In this document: one piece after another, positions 40,001 through 48,367 of the stretch | Numbering within the stretch: position 1 is the stretch's first letter | Layout of the letters: every line of letters begins with the position of its first letter | Notes under the pieces: model-generated | Seen by the model: the letters and a program-made list of their open reading frames with translations, nothing else | The model's database searches: none | Told to the model about the DNA's origin: nothing | Assembly: GCA_044356505.1 (NCBI GenBank) | Contig: JBIKWD010000001.1 | Span: 9,443 to 73,442, forward strand | DNA length: 64,000 nt | Reading direction: 5' to 3' | DNA from: Phycisphaerales bacterium | GTDB taxonomy: Bacteria; Planctomycetota; Phycisphaerae; Phycisphaerales; SM1A02 | Translations under genes and position numbers: made by a program

Positions 40001-40326
40001 ATAGGCGCAAAGCGAGCCCGCTGCCTGTCAGGAATTGGCCAGACCCAGACCGTTCGGTCGCGATTTGTCGCGCCCCAGACCCGAAAGGGGCGCGTGCAGG
40101 CCCCGGCAGCCCCCCTTCACGACGGCCGGGCGCGCCCTCCGGGGCCGGCGACCTCGGGCCCGCGCTCTGGAATTGCGATTTTTGTCCGAATGCGTGACAG
40201 GGAGTCGTCCGGTTTTGCGCCTATGCCAGTGAACAGGACACACGCGCAGAGGTTCGGAACAACCGCTGCGCACGACAGATTTCTCTCTCCCGCGAACACC
40301 CCGGCAAACCGGGGTTGTTTGTTTTT
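40001..40326 (+). ncRNA. Candidate structured non-coding RNA or riboswitch-like leader (class unknown)
   Basis: A 13-bp long-range helix (40001-40013 with 40212-40224; 11 Watson-Crick pairs ATAGGCGCAAA/TTTGCGCCTAT) encloses a nested 7-bp helix (40024-40030 CCTGTCA with 40195-40201 TGACAGG). Internal hairpins include GGCCCCGG 40099-40106 / CCGGGGCC 40139-46. The element ends in a canonical intrinsic terminator at 40298-40326. No credible ORF. The 5' boundary is not defined. Confidence 0.35.
40298..40326 (+). terminator. Intrinsic terminator (hairpin plus U-tract) 78 nt upstream of mnmA
   Basis: ACCCCGG-CAAA-CCGGGGT stem-loop followed by TGTTTGTTTTTG. The T-tract is only on the plus strand. 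Confidence 0.7.
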
Positions 40327-40403
40327 GCCTGTCGCGGCCGGGGCGTGGATGCGCCGTAGACTCCCGAAGGTGAAGTTCTCCCCTCGGTGAAGGTCTCTGC
40401 ACG

Positions 40404-41516
40404 GTGAAGGTGCTTCTTGCCATGTCCGGCGGCGTCGACAGTTCGGTCGCCGCCGCGCTCCTCCAACGTCAGGGCCACGAGGTCCTCGGCTGCTTCATGC
40501 GGCTTGGGAGCCCGGGCGAGGAGCTCGAGACGCCCCGCATGGAGGACGGGGCCGGCCGGCCGCAGGCGCGCATCGGCCACCAGGGCTGCTGCTCGATCAA
40601 CGACGCCGCCGATGCGCGGCTCGTCGCCGCACGGCTCGGAATCCCGTTCTATGTCGTCAACTTCCGCAACGACTTCGGACGCATCATCGACTACTTCGAG
40701 CGCGAGTACCACGCGGGGCGCACGCCCAATCCGTGCGTACGCTGCAACGACTGGCTCAAGTACGGAAAGCTCCGGCAGTACTCGGAGCAGCTCGGCTGCG
40801 ACGCGGTGGCCACGGGGCACTACGCCCGCGTGGTCGCGACGGCGGATGGGCCGCGGCTTGCCCGCGGCCTCGACCATGCGAAGGACCAGTCCTACGTGCT
40901 GTTCGGGATCGGCCGCGACGCCGTCGCGCGCATGATGCTGCCGATCGGCGACATGGAGAAGCCGCGGGTGCGAGAGCTCGCCCGCGAACTCGGGCTTCCC
41001 GTCTCCGACAAGCCCGACTCGCAGGAGATCTGCTTCGTTCCCGACGACTACGCGTCGTTCCTCGAACGCCGCGATCCCGCGCGCTTCGCGGCCGGCGCGA
41101 TCGAGGACGAGTCGGGGCGCGTCCTCGGCACGCACGAAGGCCACCAGCACTTCACGGTCGGCCAGCGCAAGGGCCTGCGCGTTCCCGCCACGATTCCGCT
41201 CTATGTGCTGCGCAAGGATCCGGCGCGCAACGCGGTCGTCGTCGGGCCGCGCGAGTCGCTCGAAGTGACTTCCGTCGAGGCCGATCAGGTGACCTGGTAC
41301 GGAGACGCAACCTCTTCCGCCGTCACGGCCTGCAACGCGCAGGTGCGTGCGCACGGCGTGCCGATTCCAGCGCGCGCCGCGCTTTCGGCGGGCGTTCTTC
41401 GGGTCGAGTTCGACCGCCCGGAGGCGGGCGTCGCGCCTGGACAGGCCGTCGTCTGCTACGACGGCGAAGGATGCGTCCTCGGCGGAGGATGGATCCGCGA
41501 TACATTCCGCGCGTGA
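40404..41516 (+). CDS. mnmA: tRNA-specific 2-thiouridylase
   Basis: Track ORF, 370 aa, GTG start. PP-loop LAMSGGVDSS, NPCVRCN, DQSYVL. Confidence 0.92.
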   Translation: MKVLLAMSGGVDSSVAAALLQRQGHEVLGCFMRLGSPGEELETPRMEDGAGRPQARIGHQGCCSINDAADARLVAARLGIPFYVVNFRNDFGRIIDYFEREYHAGRTPNPCVRCNDWLKYGKLRQYSEQLGCDAVATGHYARVVATADGPRLARGLDHAKDQSYVLFGIGRDAVARMMLPIGDMEKPRVRELARELGLPVSDKPDSQEICFVPDDYASFLERRDPARFAAGAIEDESGRVLGTHEGHQHFTVGQRKGLRVPATIPLYVLRKDPARNAVVVGPRESLEVTSVEADQVTWYGDATSSAVTACNAQVRAHGVPIPARAALSAGVLRVEFDRPEAGVAPGQAVVCYDGEGCVLGGGWIRDTFRA

Positions 41517-42487
41517 TCTACGCAGGAGTCGACGAAGCCGGCTACGGACCGCTGCTCGGGCCACTCTGCGTCGGGCTGAGCGCGTTCCGCCTCGCCGACG
41601 CGGAGGCCGATTCCATCGGCGGCGGCGCGCCCGACCTCTGGAAGATGCTCTCGCGCGGCGTCTGCCGAAAGCCGAAGGACGCGCGGCGACGCGTCGCGGT
41701 CGCGGACAGCAAGAAGCTCAAGTCCGGCGGCAAGCAGCCGCTCGTCCATCTCGAGCGCGGCGTGCTCGCGTTCCTCGGCGGCGAGACGCCGAAGGACGAC
41801 GGCGACTACCTCGTGCGGCTCGGCATGTCGCCGCGCGCCACGCGCGCGACGCCGTGGCACGCGCATCGGCTCCCTGTCCCGGTGGCGCTGACGGAGGGCG
41901 AAGTCGCGATCGCGCGCAATCTCGTGCGCGGCGCGATGGATGACTCGGGCTGCGCGATCGAGGCGCTCGGCGTGTCGGCGCTCGACGCGCCCGCCTTCAA
42001 CGCGCTCTACGGCGAACTCGGGAACAAGGCGTCCGTCAACATGTCGCTTGTGTTCGACGCGGTGCGCCGCGTCGACCTCCTGCGCGGCGACTTGCCCGCG
42101 TTCGTCGCCGTCGACCGCCAGGGCGGACGCTCGGACTACACCGCGGAACTCGAGGCGCATGTGGCGCGGGGCGCCGCCATCACGACGCTCGTCGCCGACG
42201 ACGAGCGCTCGGTCTACCGGATCGACGCCGACGGAACCGCCCCGCTCCTCGTCTCCTTCGAGGTGGGCGCGGAGGAGCGGCACCTGCCCGTTGCCCTCGC
42301 GTCGATGGCCGCCAAGTACACCCGCGAGGTGTCGATGCGCCGGCTGAACGCGTACTTCTCGGAGCGTGTGCCGGGCCTCGAGCCGACCGCCGGATACGTC
42401 GAGGACGGCCGCCGCTACCTCGCCGAGGTCAAGCCCGTCCTGGCCCGCGAGGCCATTCCGGAGCGGGATTTCGTGCGGGTGGTCTGA
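41513..42487 (+). CDS. rnhB: Ribonuclease HII family protein (enlarged)
   Basis: In-frame part of track ORF 40733..42487. The preferred GTG 41513 overlaps the mnmA stop (GTGA); ATG 41489 is the alternative. Motifs GVDEAGYGPLLGPL, ADSKKL, ASMAAKYTREV. Confidence 0.7.
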   Translation: MIYAGVDEAGYGPLLGPLCVGLSAFRLADAEADSIGGGAPDLWKMLSRGVCRKPKDARRRVAVADSKKLKSGGKQPLVHLERGVLAFLGGETPKDDGDYLVRLGMSPRATRATPWHAHRLPVPVALTEGEVAIARNLVRGAMDDSGCAIEALGVSALDAPAFNALYGELGNKASVNMSLVFDAVRRVDLLRGDLPAFVAVDRQGGRSDYTAELEAHVARGAAITTLVADDERSVYRIDADGTAPLLVSFEVGAEERHLPVALASMAAKYTREVSMRRLNAYFSERVPGLEPTAGYVEDGRRYLAEVKPVLAREAIPERDFVRVV

Positions 42488-42567
42488 CCGCCCGGGGGAC
42501 CCGTGCCCGTCTCCGTCTCCACCCGCGCCCGAACTCCTGCAAGGCCAAGCCCCTGCAAAACATGTGC

Positions 42568-42596
42568 TTGCATTGGGGAAGGCGGTCTTCTACACT
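42568..42596 (+). promoter_or_regulatory. Sigma-70-like promoter candidate upstream of fusA
   Basis: TTGCAT (42568-42573), a 17-nt spacer, then TACACT (42591-42596). Lies about 330 nt upstream of the fusA ATG. Confidence 0.4.
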
Positions 42597-42927
42597 CCGC
42601 GACTCGGCACTTTTCCGCCGGGATGACTTCCATGCGAGCCGACGACCCCTCCTGTACCGCTACCGAAGGACCACGCGCATCCGCGCGTCCGGCGCTCGTC
42701 GCCCTTGGTCCGACGGCGCGCGACTGGTTGAGGGGTCGTTCCTGAACGCAACCCGCGTTCCGACCGCCGCAGGACCTTCCAACCGAAACTTCACGACCGT
42801 CCGCCGCGACCGCTCAACGGCGCAACGGACGATCCGCCCGAGATACGACGACGAGATACGACGACAAGAGCCCGATCTCCCGAAACCCTCCCGCAAAGTC
42901 GCGGGACAGCAATCAGGACCACACGCC

Positions 42928-45039
42928 ATGGCCACCGACCTCACAAAAGTCCGCAACATCGGCATCTGCGCGCACATCGACGCAGGCAAGACCACCGTCT
43001 CCGAGCGCATCCTCTTCTACACCGGCCGCAACTACAAGATCGGCGAAGTGCACGAGGGCATGGCGACCATGGACTTCCTCCAGGAAGAGCAGGAGCGCGG
43101 CATCACCATCCAGTCGGCCGCGACGACCTGCCCGTGGGAGAAGGACGGCGTCAAGTACAAGATCAACCTGATCGACACCCCGGGCCACGTGGACTTCACG
43201 ATCGAAGTCGAGCGTTCGCTGCGCGTCCTCGACGGCGCGTGCGCCGTGTTCGACGGCAAGGAAGGCGTCGAGGCGCAGTCCGAGACCGTGTGGCGCCAGG
43301 CCGACCGCTACGGCGTGCCGCGTCTCTGCTTCATCAACAAGATGGACAAGATGGGCGCCGACTGGGACTTCTCCTTCAACTCGATCCGTTCGCGCCTCGG
43401 CGCCAACGGCATCGCCATCCAGCTTCCGATCGGCAAGGGCAACGACTTCATCGGCATCATCGACCTGGTGAAGATGACCGCCGTCTACTTCTCCGCCGAG
43501 GATCAGGGCGCGACGATCACCGAGGGCGAGATTCCCGCTGACCTCAAGGACAAGGCCGAGCTGTTCCGCGCCGAGCTCATCGAGAAGGCGGCCGAAGTCG
43601 ACGATGTGCTCATGGAGCAGTACCTCACCGACGCGTCGAAGATCACCAACGAGCAGATCAAGGCGGCCATCCGCAAGGGCACCGTCGAGATCAAGTGCTT
43701 CCCCGTCCTCTGCGGCGCCGCGCTCAAGAACGTCGGCGTCCAGAAGATCCTCGACGCCGCGATCGACTACCTGCCGAACCCGACCGAGCGTCCCGACACG
43801 AAGGGCGTCAACCCCGACGATGTCAACCAGGCGATGACCCGTCCGCACGACCCGACCGCGCCGTTCTCCGCGCTCGTGTTCAAGGTCGTCTCGGACATCC
43901 ACGGCGACCTCACCTACATCCGCGTCTACTCGGGCACGCTCGACAAGGGCACGCGCGTCCTCAACCCGGGCAACGGCAAGCGCGAGAACGTCAGCCGCAT
44001 CTTCGAGATGCACGCGAACGACCGCAACGCGCTCGAGCAGGTCGACGCCGGCAACATCGTCGCCGTCATCGGCCTCAAGAGCTCGTACACCGGCGACACC
44101 ATCTGCGACCCCGATCACCCCATCATCCTCGAGCGCATGACCTTCCCCGAGCCTGTCATCTCGATGGCGATCGAGCCGATCACGGGCGACGACAAGAAGA
44201 AGCTCGGCGACGCGCTCACGACGATCCGCCGCGAGGATCCGTCCTTCCGCTCGAACTACAACGAGGAGACGGGCGAGACGATCATCGCGGGCATGGGCGA
44301 GCTCCACCTCGAGATCATCAAGAACAAGCTCACGCGCGACATGAAGATCGGCGTGAACGTCGGCAAGCCGCGCGTCTCGTACCGCGAGACGATCACGGGC
44401 TCGGCCGACCAGGTCCGCGGCCTCTTCAAGAAGCAGTCGGGCGGCCGCGGCCAGTTCGGCGATGCCGTCGTCAGCGTCAGCCCGATCACCCCGGAGGAGG
44501 CTGCCGCCGAGGAACTGAAGATGAAGAACGGCGTCGTGTTCGAGGACAAGATCTCGGGCGGCGTCATCCCCAAGGAGTTCATTCCGTCGGTCGAGTACGG
44601 CGTCCGCCAGGCGGCGGCGTCGGGCGTCCTCGGCGGCTACCCGGTCATCAACGTGCGCGTCCAGCTCGTGTTCGGCTCGTACCACGACGTCGACTCGAAC
44701 CAGGTCGCGTTCGAGCAGGCGGGCATGCTCGCCTTCCGCGAGGCCGTCATGAAGGCGCGTCCCGCCCTCCTCGAGCCGATCATGAAGCTCGTCGTCACCA
44801 CCCCGGACGAGTTCTTCGGCAACGTGTCGGGCGACATCGCGTCCCGCCGCGGTCAGATCGTCGACCAGGAGATGCGCGGCAACGCCCGTCTCCTGACCTG
44901 CGAAGTGCCGCTGTCGGAGCTCTTCGGCTACACCACGTCGCTCCGCTCGATGACGCAGGGCCGCGCCACGAGCTCGATGGAGCCGCTGACGTACCGCGTC
45001 ATGCCGGAGAAGCTGAAGGACGCCGTCCTCAAGAAGTGA
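42928..45039 (+). CDS. fusA: Elongation factor G
   Basis: In-frame part of track ORF 42562..45039, starting at ATG 42928. Motifs AHIDAGKTT, DTPGHVDF, NKMD; full five-domain length. Confidence 0.95.
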   Translation: MATDLTKVRNIGICAHIDAGKTTVSERILFYTGRNYKIGEVHEGMATMDFLQEEQERGITIQSAATTCPWEKDGVKYKINLIDTPGHVDFTIEVERSLRVLDGACAVFDGKEGVEAQSETVWRQADRYGVPRLCFINKMDKMGADWDFSFNSIRSRLGANGIAIQLPIGKGNDFIGIIDLVKMTAVYFSAEDQGATITEGEIPADLKDKAELFRAELIEKAAEVDDVLMEQYLTDASKITNEQIKAAIRKGTVEIKCFPVLCGAALKNVGVQKILDAAIDYLPNPTERPDTKGVNPDDVNQAMTRPHDPTAPFSALVFKVVSDIHGDLTYIRVYSGTLDKGTRVLNPGNGKRENVSRIFEMHANDRNALEQVDAGNIVAVIGLKSSYTGDTICDPDHPIILERMTFPEPVISMAIEPITGDDKKKLGDALTTIRREDPSFRSNYNEETGETIIAGMGELHLEIIKNKLTRDMKIGVNVGKPRVSYRETITGSADQVRGLFKKQSGGRGQFGDAVVSVSPITPEEAAAEELKMKNGVVFEDKISGGVIPKEFIPSVEYGVRQAAASGVLGGYPVINVRVQLVFGSYHDVDSNQVAFEQAGMLAFREAVMKARPALLEPIMKLVVTTPDEFFGNVSGDIASRRGQIVDQEMRGNARLLTCEVPLSELFGYTTSLRSMTQGRATSSMEPLTYRVMPEKLKDAVLKK

Positions 45040-45071
45040 TCAGCGCCCTCGGGCGTGAACCAAGTCCAGCG

Positions 45072-45114
45072 AAACTCGCCGCCGACGGAGCCGTCGGCGG
45101 CGAGTTTTCCTTTC
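45072..45114 (+). terminator. Rho-independent terminator after fusA
   Basis: Roughly 15-bp perfect stem AAACTCGCCGCCGACGG / CCGTCGGCGGCGAGTTT followed by TCCTTTC. Confidence 0.75.
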
Positions 45115-45205
45115 ATCCGGTCCGCGCGGGCGGGGTAAGGGCGGCGGATTCTGCGCTCCCGACGCCCCGTGACCTTTGCGACGACTGCGCCTACCATGGC
45201 GCCCC

Positions 45206-47221
45206 ATGTCAGAGACCGAAGCCGATCCCGACCTCGTTTCAGAGCGCGGTCAGTTTCGTGCCGAGTACGAGCGCGAAATGGGCCAGTGGCTGCGGCGGCG
45301 GCTCGGCTATCTCTGCATCGCCTACGCGGCGTTCCAGGTCCTTTCGGTGACCGCGCTGACGCTGAGTTCGACGGTCTTCCAGTCGGATGTCGAGGAACGG
45401 TCATCGCTTCCCCCCCGCATCGAGCAGCGGGCGGAAGAAGCGGAACGGCGAGCGGGAGCGGGCCTGCCGCTGCGACCCGTGGACGCGCGCGCACTTGCGG
45501 CGCTCGAGGCGGAGAAGCGCCGCGCCGATCGAGAGCGCAGCAAGCAGGCGGTCGTCACCACCCTCGATGCGTTCAGCACCATCGCCCAGGATTTCGCGGG
45601 CAAGCTCGCCGACGCGGGCGAGCGGCCCGAACGGCCCGGCCGCGCCGTGCGCGAGCGGGTGATCGACCGCTGGTGGCTCGAGGAATCCCCGGGACAGACC
45701 GCTGCCGTCGCGCGGCCTGAAGACGCGCCGAGATCGGCGACGGTGAACGACGGCGGAGCTGCGAACGATGAAGGCGACCGGTCGCAGCGAGGACGCGATT
45801 CCCGCGCGGCCGGCGGCGTGGATTCCGCAGTGGATTCCGGAGTGGATTCCGGAGTGGATTCCGGCGCTCCGCGTGCCGATGTGCCCGATGCAGCCGACGC
45901 GTCCGATCAGGACGGCGCGGACATCTCGGCAGCGATCGAAGCGCTGTCGCTTCCGTGGTGGACATGGGGGCTGACGTCGCTGCCGACCTTCGGGGTGCTC
46001 GCGTGGTTCGGCCTCAAGGTCCGGCCGCGGCTCTACACGCGCTCCGAACTGGTGTCGGCCGCGACGAGGATGATCCTGTCGCTTGGCCTCCTCAACTTCG
46101 GGTTCGAGTGCGTGATGCTGCTGGCGAATCCGAACACGCCGATCACGCCGCTCTTCACGATCTTCTTCTGGCACCTGACAGCGTCTCTCTTCCTCCCCTG
46201 GAACTGGCGCGAGTCGCTCAAGCCGATCCTGCCGCTGCTCGCCTGCTGGATCCTGCTGCGGCTCGGACTCGCGACCAGCGACGGCGGATGGCTTGGTTTC
46301 TTCGGCTCCTTGATCGGTGCGCCCTTCCTCTTCGCTCCCGCGCTGATCCTCTGCTACGCGCGGCTTCGCTGGCACCAGCGGCAGTTCAAGTCCGGCTTCG
46401 TCGGAAGGCGCTTCCTCGAGATGCGCCGGGAGTTCATCCAGGCGCGTGCGGTGCACGAATCGCTGTTCCCGAAGCCGCAGGATCTCGGCTGGCTGCGGTT
46501 CGACTTCGGCTATCGACCCGCCGCGGACATCGGCGGCGACTTCATCCACTCCTGGACCGACGACGACGACCGCTTCCACGTCGCGCTGATCGACGTGACC
46601 GGCCACGGCCTCGCAAGCGCCATGACGGTGGCCCGCATCCACGGAGAGATCGAGCGGCTTCGCGACGAGCATCCCGACGAGGGCCCCGCGCGCATGCTTG
46701 CGCGGCTCAACCGCTACTTCCAGCGCCTGCTGTCGCGCCACCGGCTGTTCGCGACCGCCGTGCTGCTGACGATCGACCCGCGGACCGGCGAGATGCGCTA
46801 CGCGAGCGCGGGACATCCCCCGGTGTTCGTGCGCTCGCGCTCGGGCGTGCGCGAGATCGAGTCCACCACCTTCCTGCTCGGAGCCGTCGACGAAGAGACC
46901 TTCGGCACCGAGGAGGTTTCGGTGCACCTCGAGGAAGGCGACCGGGTCATCCTCTACACCGACGGCGCCTACGACGCGCGGAATCCACGCGGGGAGCGGT
47001 TCGGCCTCGACAGGCTGCGCGATGTGCTGCGACGGCCGGCGGCGCCGCAGAAGTGGACGCCGTTCCTGATGAATCTCGTCGAGACCTTCGAGGCGGGCAT
47101 GCCCGAGGACGACCTGCTGGTCGCGGAGATCACCCTCCGCAGCCGGAAGTCCGTCTACTCCGGAGTGACGGGCGACGACCTCCCGGTGCCGCGGACGAGC
47201 CTGAGCGGGGCGCGCACGTGA
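45206..47221 (+). CDS. Membrane-anchored PP2C/SpoIIE-family serine phosphatase
   Basis: Track ORF 45176..47221; start placed at ATG 45206. Charged N-terminal region, a cluster of TM helices (residues ~270-400), and a C-terminal SpoIIE domain (IGGDFIHSW, VALIDVTGHGLASA, ILYTDGAYDA). Confidence 0.8.
   Translation: MSETEADPDLVSERGQFRAEYEREMGQWLRRRLGYLCIAYAAFQVLSVTALTLSSTVFQSDVEERSSLPPRIEQRAEEAERRAGAGLPLRPVDARALAALEAEKRRADRERSKQAVVTTLDAFSTIAQDFAGKLADAGERPERPGRAVRERVIDRWWLEESPGQTAAVARPEDAPRSATVNDGGAANDEGDRSQRGRDSRAAGGVDSAVDSGVDSGVDSGAPRADVPDAADASDQDGADISAAIEALSLPWWTWGLTSLPTFGVLAWFGLKVRPRLYTRSELVSAATRMILSLGLLNFGFECVMLLANPNTPITPLFTIFFWHLTASLFLPWNWRESLKPILPLLACWILLRLGLATSDGGWLGFFGSLIGAPFLFAPALILCYARLRWHQRQFKSGFVGRRFLEMRREFIQARAVHESLFPKPQDLGWLRFDFGYRPAADIGGDFIHSWTDDDDRFHVALIDVTGHGLASAMTVARIHGEIERLRDEHPDEGPARMLARLNRYFQRLLSRHRLFATAVLLTIDPRTGEMRYASAGHPPVFVRSRSGVREIESTTFLLGAVDEETFGTEEVSVHLEEGDRVILYTDGAYDARNPRGERFGLDRLRDVLRRPAAPQKWTPFLMNLVETFEAGMPEDDLLVAEITLRSRKSVYSGVTGDDLPVPRTSLSGART
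45818..45865. repeat. 12-bp in-frame tandem repeat x4
   Basis: Unit GTGGATTCCGNN repeated four times, encoding (VDSx)4 within the N-terminal region of the PP2C gene. Confidence 0.9.
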
Positions 47222-48312
47222 CGGCCGCTGCCCTGCGCGCGGCGCTCGACCGCGCCGTCCGCCTCGCGGCGCGAGGACATGGCGGCGCCGAACCGAACCC
47301 GATGGTGGGATGCGTGATCCTCGACGGGGACGGAGCCGTGATCGCGGAGGGCTACCACCGGCGCTGCGGCGGGCCTCACGCCGAAGTCGAGGCGCTCGCC
47401 GCGGCTGGAAGCCATGCGCGCGGATCGACCGCCGTGGTCACGCTCGAACCATGCGCGCACCAAGGTCGCACCGGCCCCTGCACCGAAGCGCTCCGACACG
47501 CCGGGGTCGCGCGCGTCATATACGCCGTCCCCGACCCGAACCCGCTCGCGCGCGGCGGCGGCGACCAGCTGATCGCTGCAGGAGTGCCGGCCGAGCACCT
47601 TCCGCACGACGGCGCGCGGGAACTCGCGCTGCCCTTCGTCAAGCGCGTCCGCACGGGCCTGCCGTGGATCGCGGCAAAGTGGGCACAGTCGATCGATGGC
47701 GGGATCGCGCTCGCGAACGGAGACAGCAAGTGGCTCTCCTGCGCGCGAAGCCGCCGGATGGTGCACCGGGAGCGAGGAAGGGTCGACGCGATCCTCACGG
47801 GCATCGGCACGGTCCTCGCGGACGACCCTCAGCTCACCGCACGCGGCGTGCGGGTCCTTCGTCGTGCGACGAGGGTGGTCTTCGATCCCGCCGTCCGCAC
47901 ACCGCCCGACGCGAAGATCTGCGATGGCAGCGCGCCGACGGTGCTTCTGGCGAGCGAGTCGCTCGATGCCGCGGCAACCGCGCGGGCGGGCCAACTCTCG
48001 GCGCGTGGCGTCCGAGTCCTGAGACTCGGACCAGGGGACAGCCTCCGAGCCCCGCTTGGGAGACTTGCGGAAGAGGGCGTTGCGCGCGTGCTCGTCGAGG
48101 CGGGCGGCGGTGTCGTCGGCCGCCTGCTGCATGAGGATCTGCTCGACGAAGCATGGGTGTTCGTCGCGCCGCTTGTGATCGGCGACGACTTGGCGCGGCG
48201 CAGCGTGCGGGGCCTAGGTCCGGCCATGCTCGCCGGCATCGCGCGCGCGCGGCTTCTCTCGGTGCGGCGACGCGGTGCCGATGCGCTGCTTCACTACCGC
48301 TGGACGTCGTGA
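47218..48312 (+). CDS. ribD: Bifunctional riboflavin biosynthesis deaminase/reductase
   Basis: In-frame part of track ORF 45955..48312. GTG 47218 overlaps the PP2C stop (GTGA). Deaminase zinc motifs HAEVEAL and TLEPCAHQGRTGPC; C-terminal reductase domain. Confidence 0.9.
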   Translation: MTAAALRAALDRAVRLAARGHGGAEPNPMVGCVILDGDGAVIAEGYHRRCGGPHAEVEALAAAGSHARGSTAVVTLEPCAHQGRTGPCTEALRHAGVARVIYAVPDPNPLARGGGDQLIAAGVPAEHLPHDGARELALPFVKRVRTGLPWIAAKWAQSIDGGIALANGDSKWLSCARSRRMVHRERGRVDAILTGIGTVLADDPQLTARGVRVLRRATRVVFDPAVRTPPDAKICDGSAPTVLLASESLDAAATARAGQLSARGVRVLRLGPGDSLRAPLGRLAEEGVARVLVEAGGGVVGRLLHEDLLDEAWVFVAPLVIGDDLARRSVRGLGPAMLAGIARARLLSVRRRGADALLHYRWTS

Positions 48313-48367
48313 GGCGAGGCCGAGACCGTTGCGCGAACGATGCGCGAGCGGACCCGACGCGCATGCC

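Noticed and set aside
40001-40224. The 11-13 bp inverted termini ATAGGCGCAAA / TTTGCGCCTAT considered as the ends of a MITE or other mobile element.
   Set aside because: I see no target-site duplication flanking the termini and no second copy of the element in the 64 kb. Nested compensatory helices and a downstream intrinsic terminator fit an RNA better. It cannot be fully excluded without a genome-wide search.
40094-40390. The 98-aa plus-strand ORF, and other short ORFs, inside the candidate ncRNA region.
   Set aside because: The composition is Arg/Pro/Ala-rich. There is no ribosome-binding site, and the ORF crosses the intrinsic terminator. It is not credible as coding.
39859-40403. The fbaB-mnmA gap tested by eye against tRNA, tmRNA, RNase P RNA, SRP RNA, retron msr/msd and common riboswitch cores.
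   Set aside because: There is no T-loop/acceptor pattern and no GGAAAGTCC-type P4 sequence. There is no GGAAGGAAGCAGC-type SRP motif and no tag-peptide frame. No reverse transcriptase lies downstream, and I could not recognise any conserved riboswitch core. It is left unclassified rather than named.
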